Shown here one piece after another: positions 25,313 to 38,817 of a stretch of DNA of 64,000 nt. The DNA is from Octopus vulgaris. Its lineage: Eukaryota. The position numbers and the translations under genes were made by a program. The stretch spans positions 161,634,001 to 161,698,000 of the forward strand of contig OX597815.1 in NCBI GenBank assembly GCA_951406725.2, in the 5' to 3' direction. How positions within the stretch are numbered: the stretch's first letter is position 1; each line of letters opens with the position of its first letter. The notes below the pieces were generated by a model, which ran no database searches, was not told where the DNA came from, and saw only the letters and a program-made list of their open reading frames with translations.

Positions 25313-25779
25313 TATAATAAATGTGAAAACTAATTTCTGTGTGCCAGTGTGTCACACTTTGACCCACTATTTCACTATTCAATGACACTTCTACTATTCC
25401 TCATGCTGGGTGAGAATAATACTTGGCATAGAGACAGTGAGGACGGTGGCAAAGATAGACAGAGAGAGAGAGAAAGAAAGAAAGAAAGAAAGAAAAGGGA
25501 GAGAGAGAAAGAGAGACAAAAAAATTCTTGTGGCTAACATACTGAACACTGAACCAATATATTGAACCAACATACTGAACACTGAATTCTTTTACAAACA
25601 CATTTAGCCTTTTGCTTTTATCATTTTTGTTTTATTTTTGCTTTCTTTAATACACACACACAACACACATATATAAATATAAGATACACTTTAATTGAAA
25701 TAAAGTTTCCCCAAAATTAAACACATCTAACATAATAAATCTGAATGTCAGTGTGTCACACTTTTTCAACTTTAATTAA

Positions 25780-25987
25780 TCCTTTCTACTGGAAGCACAA
25801 ATTTTGAGGGAAAGAATTAAGTTGATTACATTGACCCCAGTACGTAATTGGTACTAATTTTATCGACCCTGAAAGCATGAAAAACAAAGTCGAGCTCAGC
25901 AGAATTCGAACTCAAAACCTAATGGCAGACAAAATACCACTAAGCATTTTGCCCAGCATGCTAACGATTCTGCCAGCTCGCCACCTT
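25780..25987 (-). mobile_element. SINE family B
   Basis: Family motifs. Confidence 0.7.
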
Positions 25988-26149
25988 AATATAATATAAT
26001 ATAATAATTGTGAATGTCAGTGTGTCAGTGAGTCACACTTTTTCAACTATACTCCTCGAGGCCGTAGCCAAACATATCATACCATTTTGGAATCAGGCTG
26101 ACTCCATAAGTAAATTAAAAACATTCTAACATAATAAATCTGAACATGT

Positions 26150-26491
26150 CAGCATCATTGTAGTGTAAATCTCCGTCATCGTCAGATTCATAGTCAACAT
26201 CAGAAGATTCACTTTCATTTATTTCTGAATACTTTTATTTTAATAAATGTTGCTTACTGCAAGTTATGGATGTTTCTTTTATGACTTCATTGCTTTCAGA
26301 CTTAGCTTAAGGTATTTTCATGCCCGACATCACAAAATGCTTCTGAATAAACATTGCCGGACAGCAAATAAAGACTCGGACATTGCTTAGAAAATATTTT
26401 TCCTTTTTAACCTCGTGTATAGTACACACTAGGGATTTTGACCTTTAAATTTTGAGGAAAAAATGCGGAATATACTCGAGGATTTATGGTG
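26150..26491 (+). mobile_element. pogo/Tigger-like transposon end fragment
   Basis: Terminal aaaaaatgcggaatatactcgaggatttatggt resembles the pogo-type TIR (taccgtaaatcctcgagtata). Confidence 0.4.
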
Positions 26492-27609
26492 TTTTGTTTT
26501 CTTATTTTGATATCCTTACCTATTAGCCTCTTATCCCTTATAAGTTGTTACTCCTCTTAAACAGAGATTTTTCAGCTACTTGACTCTATATGAGGTGGTT
26601 ATACTATATCCATATAAACATAAAAATATTTGTATATGTGTATATATGCATATATGTGCATAACCTATTAACCTCTTATCCCTTATGAATTGTTACTTTT
26701 CTTGTTTGTAAATATATACTTTTCAGTTACTTAAGTCTATGCGAGTTGGTTATTCTATATCCATATAAACATAGAAATATTTTTGTATATGTGCATGCAT
26801 GCATATATATAAATATGTGTGTGCATCTGTACACATCTTTATTTTTTCTGATTCTTGGCTTAAAATTAATACATAGATAGCATGTTTATCTTTCTAGTAT
26901 TCCATAAGTAAGTTCCCTGAACAGTCTTTACAGAAACCACCTAATAAGTAATTAATTAAGTACATAAAAGAATATTAAACTGATTCTATGTAATCTTTCC
27001 TTTTTAATGTTTATAATTGATATTTACATACAGTTTGCCTATTTTTGGTTATGATATCATTTTCGAAAATCTTAAATTTTATCTTTATACAACATAACAA
27101 TATTGTTTATAAACAATCACCCATAGTACCCCAAGATAAAATTTCCTCTATATTAACATCCTAGGTTTTATTAGTGTCTTGCCCCTTTAACTGGTAATTA
27201 ATGTCATGATTTAGAGTCTTCTCCTAACCAGCCCCCTTTTATATACAATTACTTTATATCCAATTGACTACTCCTAATGTCTTCTTTCCTCCCTGAGGAA
27301 AAGGGATACATTTGACAATATTTATGAATATATCTAGCAATGAGCTGCCAATTTACTCTTGCCCTTCATTCTAAACAGACACAATCCTCTAGTCTTAGAT
27401 TTAGTAGTTGATAAAGAGACAAATGAATTAGAAATGAATCACAATCCTTTACAAACTATGACCCCAGTGGACTTCTTGCCATTCTTGGCAGTTTAGTCTA
27501 TTCTTAGTTACAATAGCGACAACATGAATTTTTTCCATCTTCTTATTCTGTCAAAGTATTTGCAAAAAATTATATTAATGTGTCCAACTGGTAAAAATTC
27601 TATTTATTT

Positions 27610-27695
27610 GTGCAGCTGATGATGGCACTGCTTTTAAATTGATAATGGTTGCATTGTTCAATTAAATGGAGCCACTTGAAACGGTCGTACTGCAC
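27610..27695 (+). ncRNA. Type I hammerhead motif at the 3' end of an AT-rich Penelope-type UTR remnant (~26500-27730)
   Basis: gtgcag-CTGATGA-tggc...gcca-ctt-GAAA-cggtcg-TA-ctgcac (perfect 6-bp stem I), followed by tgttgcttattttgattata(TA)n as at 24130-24150. Confidence 0.7.
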
Positions 27696-27936
27696 CACTA
27701 CTTGATGTACTGTTGCTTATTTTGATTATATATATATATTATTGCCATGATTGACCGCTAGCCACTAAGCTTTTTTTATTCTCTCTGTTTATTTTCTCAT
27801 GTTCCTTTCGGTTGAAGAGCATAGGTTCAAATTGTAAAAGACTTTCTCACCTTCCCGAGCATTAAACTAATGCACCTGTTTGTTGTTTACACACCTGTCT
27901 TCATCTTTTGTTTTTTTTGTAAATTCCAACTATAAC

Positions 27937-27982
<46 letters not shown>

Positions 27983-28619
27983 CACACATATGCATGTGTG
28001 TGAGGGGTGTCCATGTTACTGTCTCCTTGCCTTGACATTGCATAATAGGATTTGTGAACAAATATCACATCTTGCAATTGTCCTTCATTCGCAATCTTCC
28101 ATGAAAACATATCTGGTTATGGGAAAATATTACCTTTCTTGGAAATGGGTAATGGTTGGTGACAGGAAAGGCATCCAGCTGCACACACACAAATAAATAA
28201 ATATATGCAGTGGGTTTCTTTCAATTTCCACTCACAAGGCTTTGGTAGGCCTGAAGTTATAGTAGAAGACAGCTGCCCATGGTACTATGTAGTGGGACTA
28301 AACCCAGAACCATGTAGTTGGGAAGCAAACTTCATAACAACTGCAAAGAAATTTTTTTTTATTATTTAGTCAGGAGCAAAAGCCTTTGTCTATTGCTTCA
28401 GGGTCTCTGAGAGTGAAGAAAAGAAGTAATGAATCTTCAAACAGGAGACCTTGTCTGAATACTCATAACAGTGTGAACTCTGTTAAAGGCACCAAAAGAC
28501 TAGTTAATGAAGGTAAAACAGATGACAGATCAAATCTACCATGCTAGGACTTAGAGTACGAACTGCAGGAGTAAATAGCACAAGATACCTTCCACTAACA
28601 CTGAAAATTCTGCCAAAGT

Positions 28620-28960
28620 GTGGTCTTGGATTCAGTCCCAATGCATTGCACCCTGGGCAAGTGTCTTCTGCTATAGCCCTGGATCAACCTAAGCTTTGTC
28701 AGTAGATTTGGTAGGCAGAAGCTGAAAGAAACTTATTTTGTGTATATATTTACATGTATGTGTATCATCATGTTTGTTTTTGTCTCCCACTGCCACTTGA
28801 TAACCAATGTAGGCTTATTTACATCCTAATAACCTAGTGGGTCAACAAAATAAGATCAGTAAAATAATAAGTGCAAGAGTCAATTTGTTTACCTAAACCC
28901 TTGAAGGTAGTGCCCCAGTATGGCCATAGTCCAATGACTGCAACAGATAAAAGATAAAAG
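28620..28960 (+). mobile_element. SINE family A (decayed)
   Basis: Core and tail motifs. Confidence 0.65.
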
Positions 28961-30287
28961 ATAATCCTTTGCCCTGGGCTGGTACTTTATCTTACTGAGC
29001 CCAAAAAAATGAAACAGACTCACAGGGTTTGAACTCATTATGAGGAGAGCTGGAGTAAATGCTGCAAGGCATCTTATCCAACATGCTAACTGCTCTGCTA
29101 GTTAACCACCTTAAAATGATATTTGACATTATAAGCACTAATTTGGGTCAAAATGAAACCCCATAAATATAGCTTCATTGGATGGTTTTGTTACTTATAA
29201 CATGACAGAGTGCTTACCATTCCGTCTCTTCAAAATAGATTCTATAATATGATTTTGCTTTTGCATTCATAGAATTAGTTCTTGTCACAAACACCAAATT
29301 GCATTTTAAATGGGACACCTTTGCTGTTGTGAACATTAGTGAAATAATCTAATCCCTTTGACACTAAGTGATTGATAATGATATATTATCTTATGAAGAT
29401 TAAATAGTAAATTAAAACAGAAGAAATAAACTTATAGCAATTCATTTGAGAAATGGGAATGGTAAATATACTTTACTGTAATCATAATATATTATAGCTG
29501 CCCAGCAAGAATTGATCTGTGATTCAAATCCTCTCTTTTCTGACTCAAATTGGTTATTATAATGTCTAATATTATTTTGAATAGATGTTGTGATAAAGCC
29601 CTCTTGAGGGCATTATAAGCTCACATACACCAAGGGGGAATTATGGGGTGAGTACTGTGAGTTTAAAGAGATTGGAATTATTCTTGGAAAATTAATATGT
29701 AATGCTTTAGCATTTGGCCTGGCCAGATTTTGCCTCTCACAACTACACTACAATGTCAATTTAAAAGGTAACAATCACATCAATGAAATCTCAAAGCTAC
29801 TGGCTAATGCATGATTAATTTGAAACAATGCGAATAAATAAAGCATTACATTTGAAAGAGTAATTTGAATGTCAAACGGTAAAACAAGAAAGAAACAAAA
29901 ACTTGAATAAGATATACAATAGGGAGAGGGAGGGGCAGAGGGGGGGCAGAGGGGATGAGAAAGGGAGAGAGAACATGAGTGTGTATGTACATAGATACAT
30001 ATGCACACAATTATATATATATATAGATGAGTGTGTTTGTGTATGCATGAGGGTAGAAAATTAGGTGTATGCATATATATAAAATTATAGGTGAGAGAGA
30101 GACAGTCAGACTTAAATAAAGAGAGAGAGAGATTGAATCAGCTTGATGGGGGACTGATTATAACAGCTTTTTGGGCATAGAGAATTTGCAAACCAAGCAG
30201 AGCCTTTTGTTTTCTAAGTACATGTGCACCTGTCAGAAAAGTACTCTTACAGGGTTCTTGTAATTAATGAATTTTTTAATTATTACT

Positions 30288-30712
30288 ACATGAGTGGCTG
30301 TGTGGTAAGAAGCTTGCTTCCCAACCACATAGTTATGGGTTCAGTCCCACTGCATTTTGGGCAAGTGACTTCTGCTATAGCCTCAGACCAACCAAAGCCT
30401 TGTGAGTGGATTTGGTAGACAGAAACTGAAAGAAGCCTGTCATGTGTGTGTGTGTGTGTGTGTGTGTGCATGTGTGTGCGTGTGTGTGTGTGCATGTGTG
30501 TCTTTGTGTGTGTGTGTGTGTGTGTTTGTTACCCAACCAACACTTGACAACCAATGTTGGTGTATTTACATACCCGTAACTTAGCAGTTCAGCAAAAGAG
30601 ACTGATAGAATAAGTACTAGGCTGACAAAGAATAAGTCCTGTGGTCGATTTGTTCGACTTGAAGGCAGTGCTCCAGCATGGCCACAGTCAAATGACTGAA
30701 ACAAGTAAAAGA
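30288..30712 (+). mobile_element. SINE family A
   Basis: Family motifs; internal (TG)n. Confidence 0.8.
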
Positions 30713-31419
30713 ATACAGCTATATAAAGTATGTGGGCACACAATTAAATAATCCCTTTGTAACATGTTATCTATGAATAAATAGGTAACTCAGGCAAACA
30801 GAGGTAAATTATTATTATTATCATTATTATCATTATTATTATTACTTGTCCATTGCTATGAAATGACTGGCATTGAGAAGGGCATATGGCCATAAAAACA
30901 ATGTGAAGACAGTATAGCTTTTAGTAGTCTTCTGACTTGCCAGCTCCTGTCAAACTATTCAACCCATGCTTGTATGGAACACAGGTGCATTAAATGAGGA
31001 TGATGACAACTAGTACTGTTGCTGCTACTGATGCTGCTACTGCTGTTATTACTACTGTTGTTGCTGCAAAAACAACAATAAAAGAAAAGCTGAATCGTCT
31101 AGATATATTTATCAGTCATTTATAAAAATCTATAATGTTGTCTATACATAATGCTAGTGGGATTTGAATGGGTTAACAGAACCTACATGACTGGACATTT
31201 CCCAGACTGTTTTTCTTCTGAAGATGAGCCTTTGTGCCTGAAATACAAAGATTTTTTTTTATTAAACTTTCTGCACTGTCAGGAGCTTTCTATTTTCTCT
31301 TTTTACCTTCTTTGATGTTACAATGCTTCAAGCAAACTATAACTCTCTTATAAAAATCTATGCATTTTGTTTCATAGACAACGATGATTTATCTGACCAC
31401 AAAAAAATCACTTGAATAG

Positions 31420-31580
31420 AATTGAGAAACTATCAAAGTACAAAGGTCTTAAATGCCAAATAAGTAAGATGTAAGGTTTGAAAGAAAACAGTACCAAAAA
31501 TAACTGGTGCACTAGATATTATGAAGAGTGTAAAAGCATAAGAAATATTAGAGCAAAAGTTTGAATACCTTGGTGCCTAT
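31420..31580 (+). pseudogene. R4/Dong-like RLE C-terminal remnant
   Basis: EKLSKYKGL..ISKM..KTVPKITGALDIMK. Confidence 0.5.
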
Positions 31581-31598
31581 ATCTCATTCTAATTTGAA

Positions 31599-31828
31599 GG
31601 CGGAGAGCTGGCAGAAACGTTTGCACGCCAGGCGAAATGCTAGGCGGTATTTCGTCTGCCGTTATGTTGTGAGTTCAAATTCCACTACGGTCAACTTTGC
31701 CTTTCATCCTTTTGGGGTCGATTAAATAAGTACCACTTATGCAGTGGGGTCGATGTAATCGACTTAATCCCTTTGTCTGTCCTTGTTTGTCCACTCTATG
31801 TTTAGCCCCTTGTGGGTAGTAAAGAATT
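31599..31828 (+). mobile_element. SINE family B with a TSD
   Basis: ctatatctcattcta at 31577 and 31829. Confidence 0.85.
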
Positions 31829-31924
31829 CTATATCTCATTCTAGTTTAGAATTATGATCAGGTAGATATTTAATGTATAACTATTAATAAGGTTGGTAAT
31901 TTTAGTTGCATCTATATTATTGTG

Positions 31925-32670
31925 GTGTGGCTGTGTTGTAAGACGTTTGCTTCCTTCAACTATAGCTTCAGGCTGACCAAAGCCTTGCGAGTGGATTCAG
32001 TAGACAGAAACTGTAAGAAGCCTGCCATTTGTGTATGTGTGTGTGTGTGTGGTCCCATCACTGCTTGACAACTGGTGTGAGTGTATTTGTATCTCTGTGA
32101 CTTAATAGTTTACCAAAAGAGACTGATAGAATAAGTACCAGGCTCAAAACAAATATGTTTACTGGGGTCAATTCATTTGACTAAAAATTCTTCATAGCAG
32201 TGCCCCAGCATGGCCACAGTCTAATGACTGAAACAAGTAAAAAAAAGTCATTAATGATTATAGGCGTAGGAGTGGCTGTGTGGTAACTAGCTTGCTTACC
32301 AACCACATGGTTCCAGGTTCAGTCCCACTGCGTGTCACCTTGGGCAAGTGTCTTCTACTATAGCCTCGGGCCGACCAAAGCCTTGTGAGTGGATTTGGCA
32401 GATGGAAACTGAAAGAAGCCCATCGTATATATGTATATATATTTATATATGTATGAGTGTGTGTATATGTTTGTGTGTCTGTGTTTGTCCCCTCAACATT
32501 GCTTGACAACCAATGCTAGTGTGTTTACATCCCCGTAACTTAGTGGTTCAGCAAAAGAGTCTGATAGAATAAGTACTAGGCTTACAAAGAATAAGTCCTG
32601 GGATCGATTTGCTCGACTAAAAACAGTGCCCCAGCATGGCCACAGTCTAATAACTGAAACAAGTAAAGGA
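31925..32670 (+). mobile_element. Two tandem SINE family A copies
   Basis: ~31925-32245 and ~32262-32670. Confidence 0.8.
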
Positions 32671-32709
32671 AAATCATTGATGATCCTCAAAGAACCCTAC
32701 AATGAGTGA

Positions 32710-33560
32710 ATGTAGGATGTACTTAAAATTCTGTTTTCCCCCTTCATTGCTGTTGCAGCACTGATACATACACCAACATAATTTTTCCATTTCAGACTTA
32801 CCTCCTTAAAAAATATGGTCTTCTTTGCAGAAAATATCTCCACCTGTTGTATGTTGATCTAATGAGCATCAAAGCAGTAAGATCTTATGCACACTGCATT
32901 CATGGAAATATCTTAGATTGGAATATTTGAACATCATTCTTTAATGTCGACCAATTTATTCATCTGAATCACAAATTTACTACTTTGATTCTTTCATTAG
33001 TTACACAAATTGGTTATTTCTTTTTCCTGCAACTTTGTATTATTGTTATTATTTATTTATTTATTTTTTTTTGCATACTATATCATTTAACAGTGAAATT
33101 CTTCTTATTTTGTTTGCATTGATTATTCCACAAATAATTTCTGTAATTTTCCCTGCTGCTGGGCATTACAAATTCTTGATAATTGTATATGGCTCTTGAG
33201 GTTTTTGTGACAAAATATTAAGCTCCATATGATGTTTTACAGTACATTTTCTTGAACTGATATTTGTGTTTTTAAAAAACACTATTTATGTATTTCAAAA
33301 GATTTTAATGATGATAAAAGATTTGCCTGCAGAGGAAGCATGTCTAGTATCGAGATGGCTTTCTAATTTCGCAGGCTTCATGCAATCATTCACCAAATAC
33401 TCATCACAAATTAGGTAGACTTGCTGGTGCTTTGTATACTTAGGAGCAAAAGTAAATCCATATTAAAGAAAAAGTATTGTGCTTCTTATTCATGTTACGG
33501 CATCCAGATTTCTTAGAAACTATATGTTCGGCAATGTTTTCTTCCGTGTGTTCTTTGATA
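32710..33560 (-). pseudogene. hAT (Buster/Charlie-like) transposase remnant
   Basis: Minus-strand translation YGFTF...LICDEYLVNDCMKPAKLESHLDTRH (BED-finger region) and LKWKNYVGVCISAATAMKG. Confidence 0.65.
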
Positions 33561-33743
33561 AATTTAAGCATTTAAACATAGGCAAATGCATGGCTGTGCG
33601 GTTAAGAAGTTTGCTTCCCAACCACAGGATTTTAAACTCAGGCCCACTGCAGGTCACTTTGGGCAAGTGTCTTCTACTTCCACTGTAGCCCTAAGCCAGC
33701 CAAAGCTTTGTGAGCAGATTTGGTAAACTGAAAGACATCTGTG

Positions 33744-33774
<31 letters not shown>

Positions 33775-33994
33775 TGTATGTATGTATGTATGTATGTATG
33801 TATGTACGTACGTATGTATTGTATGTATGCATGTATGTATGTACTTTAAGTTCATTTATGTGAAATGCTTTTGAGTACACTCATAAAAGCTCCCATGCTG
33901 TTTATTTTGGCTACCGCTCATTGTTCCCATCTTCCAGAGTAATTTTTGGAATGGTAATTAGTCTGGTGCCACTATAGCATTGGACAAATATAGT

Positions 33995-34195
33995 AATAAC
34001 AAGAACTTTTGGATGGAAATTCATAAATTCTTTAATACATTGCTATGTACATTCTCCCTTAAAATCCTAGGCTTTTGCAAATCATATTTGTAATTTCCCA
34101 TGGATGGGGAATACAATTAATCCATGAGGTCAGTGGAAACATAAGTAATAAAGCATTAAAGGATTTGTGAATTTCCATCCAAAAGTTCTTGTTAT
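33995..34195. mobile_element. MITE-like element with ~45-55-bp TIRs
   Basis: aataacaagaactttttggatggaaattcataaattctttaat vs attaaaggatttgtgaatttccatccaaaagttcttgttatt. Confidence 0.7.
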
Positions 34196-34206
34196 TTATA
34201 TATATA

Positions 34207-34589
34207 CTAGCAGTATCGCCCGGCGTTGCTCAGGTTTGTAAGGGAAATAACTATAAAGCATTTTTAGAGAGTTATAGCCAAAAAATAGCAAAAAATGGAA
34301 AAAAATGATGGTAAATTTTTTTTGAGAGTAAAAAAAGGTGGAGTTGCGTCCCCTAGACAGTTTGCGGTTTGTGTTTCTGATTCTCGACCCCATGTCGAAT
34401 TTATCGATTTTTTTCAGAACTGGGGGATCTTTTCAAAATTTTCGCTGCGTTAGTTTTGAATTATGACATTGGGCTATGTGTGTGTCAAGTTTCATCAGAA
34501 TCGGTTGAAAGCCGTGGTCAGGGTGAGGGTACAAGCAAACAGTCACACAGAAACACGCACAGACAAACTGCCGTTTATATAGAGAGAGA
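34207..34589 (-). mobile_element. Non-autonomous Helitron sharing its 3' end with 24803-25312
   Basis: ctagcagtatcgcccggcgttgctcaggtttgtaagggaaataactat; TC 5' end at 34589. Confidence 0.75.
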
Positions 34590-34599
34590 TATATATATA

Positions 34600-34976
34600 T
34601 ATAATTTCAGTAAAATACAATTAAGATTCAAGTGAGTTCCAATGAATTCACATGAATGCAGTACTTAACTTAGATGCACCAGAAATCTATATGGTATTAA
34701 CCATAAAAAAAATGTGGGGTGATTATAAACAAGAAAAAAGCAACAAGAACGGATTAGTTGTTCAGTACAATTGTTTCATACGAAGAACAGCTTTATTACA
34801 AGCTGCAAATATTGCAGCAAATACAAGTGTCCCGTATTCATCAGCCAAAACACATATGAGTTTTCCAAACATCCTAGGGGGTGAGGCTACACTCATGAAG
34901 TATCGAAGAGAGTTCTATGAAAAGCAAAGTTAGATTGTAAATAGACTTCAAAAGTTCTCTAATGATGCACAGTTTT
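34600..34976 (-). repeat. 3' pLTR copy
   Basis: Near-identical to 38818-39192. Confidence 0.9.
34761..34849 (-). ncRNA. Type I hammerhead motif in the 3' pLTR
   Basis: Minus strand: tttgg-CTGATGA-atacg...(gctgcaatatttgcagc hairpin)...cgtat-GAAA-caattg-TA-ctgaa; GUA triplet. Confidence 0.75.
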
Positions 34977-35975
34977 ATAAAAGGTTTTTAAAAAAGTTTG
35001 TTAGCTTCACAGAAAAGGTAAATCCATCCATAATAATGCAGGTGTAATTTCCGGAGATATGAGGAGATATTTCATACTCAGAGAAGATGAATGTATCCAT
35101 AATAATGTAGATGTAATTTCCTGATATATGAGAAGATGGTGATCACACTTCTATTCGTTTCACAAAACTACTATGTTGGAAGAAGAGATTGACTATATTG
35201 GCTAAAAGAAGTCTCAAAAGAAATCAGTGAAGCAGAAATCGCCCAAATAAGGACATTATGGGAGGTTATGGGAGGAAGGGGTGTAAGTATACAACCTACA
35301 AAGTTTAGTTTATTTCTGTGGTGACAGAAAATCTAGGTCATTGTTGCAGGAATCTGAGATTTATAATTTATAAAAGAGAACATTACTGTTGACCATCATG
35401 CAGCTATTAACTGCTACTTCTACAGAGTTAAAGGCATGTATAAGAATATAAAGAGAACAAAAGAAAGTATCAAAGGGGTCAAAGGCTATCAGTAGAGGAA
35501 AATACATTAAGAAATTTAAGTGCAACACTAGAACAGGAGGTTATTTATTTATTTATTTATTAATGTTTCTATTTATACAAATGTTTATACATTGTAAGAC
35601 AGACTTTAGGTTTATACCTAGAGGTCAATTAATTTCTATAATAAAAGGTATGAGAGTATTGTTTATTCAAAATATAGTGAAAATCATAGTGAAAAATCTT
35701 TATATTATTATTAAGGGAGTAGCATTACTTATTAAACTTAGAATAGAATTAGTAAGTATTAGCAATTTATTTGATTTCAGTTGGGTTAATTAAATTAGAT
35801 TAAATTAAATTAACTATATAGTCAATTAAAATTAAAATTTTTGGCAACTTACAAATACCATTTGTTTCTTTGTGTTCTAAAAACAGGTATAGTTAGAAAG
35901 AAAGAACACCAGTAAGAGCTCGCAGATATCTACTTAAAATATATATATTAGAGTTTTGATTATTCTCTACGATTT

Positions 35976-38769
35976 TTATTTAAAATATTTAAGAGTCTTA
36001 ATTTTTGAGTGAATACAAGATAGACCTAATTCAATACGGTTATTTAACAAATTTTTTTTTTCTATGCCTTAAAATTTCATATGTCTCCATGGAGCAGAGT
36101 TGGCAACCTACCCTGTTATTTCTATAAGGCATCGCTCTTCTAACTATTTCCCAATTAAGGTTATATTTAATATTATTATTTTTGAGTTCCCAGATCTTAC
36201 TTGAAAGTGTGGTGCAACCAGCTTTATGACGTAACTTAAATGAGGAGATATGGTTGCTAACTCTTTGTTTAAATTTTATAGTACAACCTAAATAAAAAAA
36301 TTTGCTATTCTCAGTAGTTATGGTACATTTATAGATTACGTTATTTACCCCACACAGACCAGGTGCCGGGCATTTTGACTTAATTCTACAATTACACCTA
36401 GAGAGGGATCATCATCAGATGTAGAATTATTTAGGGATAGATATCCCATATTGTTGCTATTCAGATTACTATGAGTATAATTATCGTTATTATAGGTAAT
36501 GTTATTATCTAAAGCTGTGTTATCATTTATCGATCCGCTTACACTATCGTTTAGCTCTATAGTCATATCATAATTACTCACATTATTGGTATTGCTACTA
36601 TTATTGCTAGTATTTATATCCGAATGCATATTGCTGTTATAGATATCAATGTTGTCTTCATTCCCGATATTTTCTCTATTAGCATTGCTCCTATTATTAT
36701 CATTATTATTCCTATTAATATTAATATTATTATTAGTTATTCCATGGTTATTGATGCTACCTTTGTTTTGATAGTTACTATTATTGTGGTTATTGTTTTT
36801 ATTTTTGATAATATTATTGCAATTGTTATTGGTATTCCTGTTGGTATTAATGTTTTTATTATTAATCTTAGCTATTATAGTGGACATATTTGGGAGGGTT
36901 GAATAAGAAATCCTAACCGTTCTTTTAGAAATTATTCTATGATATTTATGAGAGGCTGGGAAATTTTTTTTCTAGAATTAATTTGAATCTGCCTTGTATA
37001 TCCGATAAAATCGCACAGTTGAAAGGAATATTCAGCCAGATTATATCTTTCTTATTAAATTTTCTTAAATTAGAATTAGGGTTAGTTGAATTATTACTAA
37101 TTCCACCAGAGCTATTATATTTATTACTATTATTTGTCTGCTTTTTTGATCTATCTAAATTGGTTTTATCAGAGTTATCTATGCTCTGGTCTATATTTTT
37201 ATTCTTATGATTAGGCTTGTACGTTAGATTTGTTGCCACCGTAAATCTATTTCTACTTTTATTTCGGACGTGATCTATATTATTGTTTACATGGTTACTG
37301 TTACCTCCATTTTTAGGAATATGTAAGCTCTCCTTATCAATAAAGGTAATCTTTTGGTTGTATCCTGCCTTAGATAACGCCGCATTATAATGCTCAGAAT
37401 GAGAGTTAAATATATCATTATTAGATGATAATTTAGAGATTCTTAAGGAAATATTTCTAAGCAAAGATTTTATTATATTTGGGGGATGATTGGATAATTT
37501 ATTTACGTATCTCATGGTTTCACCTTCCTTTCTAAATGGGTAATGCAGCTTAGAGTTAAGGTCTAATGTAATATCTAGGAAATTGACTATTTTAGTGCCA
37601 GGTTCATAAGTAATGCTAAGGTTGAAATCTTTAAAGAACCTATTAATTTTCTTTCTAATCCGTTCAATGCTAGATTTATTATTACTAGGAATAACAAACA
37701 AAGCATCATCCCTGTATAGACCACCTTGCAATTCCAGGATCTCCTTTTTATGCACTTTAATAGATACGCACCTACCAAATTAGTTACCTCAGCCGAATCA
37801 CTAGAACCCATGGGTATATCGAAATTATTAGGGGTATCTGCTCTAGTCCATAATTTTCCTTCAAATTCTATAAATGCTTTTCAAGCTAATAGCACTATAT
37901 CGATTTCCTCTCTAGATATGAAGGAGCGATTCATGACAAATATAAGTGATTTATTTAGCAAAATGGGGGAAATACTAGAGTAATAATTATTTATGTCGAA
38001 CTGAATAAAGGAAAGACTGCTAGTTAGAGAATTAAACCATTTTAATACTTCATCGGTATTTAGCCAGAGACTTAAGGGAAGAATCGGGGTTATTTGGGGT
38101 AGAACAGTATCCAGGATAGATTTACTAAGCCGGCCAATGTCTGACTTAGTTGGACAAATAAGACTTACCAAAGGGTTTTCCATGAAATTCCTTTTGTGGT
38201 TCTTAAGGTTGATTCTAGGTTCACACGGTTTAAGCGGCTCCGTTCTATCCGTTAAATTGTACCTTTCCATAATATCCTTCATTTCCAGGTTTATTTTTTT
38301 CAAATTATTCCTTGTTGTAATTTTATATTTGGAGTTGAGTTCCTTCTTAATTAGTTTGCTATAAAGAGTGTAATCTACTCTATACAGATTACCAGTTTTA
38401 TCCGCTGGCACTAAGATTCCTTGTTTATTCCGAGTTGAATAAACAAAGTTTCTGAGATGTTTGAGGTGAGGGTTGTATCTTAACGGGTGTGCTTTGAATT
38501 TAATATCTTCTATAAGATTCAGTAGATCTTTTTCAAAAGTTTCCAGGAGTGGGTTCGGAGGCGGGCTCTTTCTGCTACTAAAAATTCTCCCATAGTTCTT
38601 ATCAGTATTCCTTGCTTGAGGGTCCTTATTCCGTTTGACATCAAAATGGTAAGTTTTCCATCTAATTCTTCTAATGAAGTCATTAACCCTATGGATAAGT
38701 AGCCAGATATATTCATCTTTACTGTGTAAGGGGATGTCTTTAGGGGAAAACTATGTTTACTTTCTCCAT
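35976..38769 (-). pseudogene. PLE reverse transcriptase-GIY-YIG endonuclease ORF (~930 codons, disrupted)
   Basis: FSPKDIP..EY..FIRRIRWK; VPADKTGNLY; FIQFDINNYYSSIS; FDIPMGSSDSAEV; GLYRDDAL; VNFLDITLDL; SNHPPNI; IIWLNIPF; CNCRIKSKCPAPGLC..NVIYKC..YLGCT..FKQRVSNH..CQLC..LLNNR..CIH; stop at 35976. Confidence 0.92.
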
Positions 38770-38817
38770 TCTTGTTGGGAAATTAAGTACCAGAAAAACA
38801 TACAGACTGTATGGGAG

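Noticed and set aside
31213-31255. CTGAAGA...GAAA hammerhead-like spacing
   Set aside because: No convincing stem II or palindromic stem III/UH; it may be chance or too decayed.
34652-34933. 93-aa ORF and its twin at 38928-39143
   Set aside because: Antisense to the pLTR and hammerhead, with no recognisable domain; its duplication is explained by the pLTR.
37881-37883. In-frame TGA in the Naiad-type RT as a possible selenocysteine codon (some Naiads are reported to encode Sec)
   Set aside because: It falls in LLA*KAF, where Arg is expected (CGA to TGA CpG decay). All Cys positions of the zinc finger and GIY-YIG region use TGT/TGC, and I could not identify a SECIS by eye.
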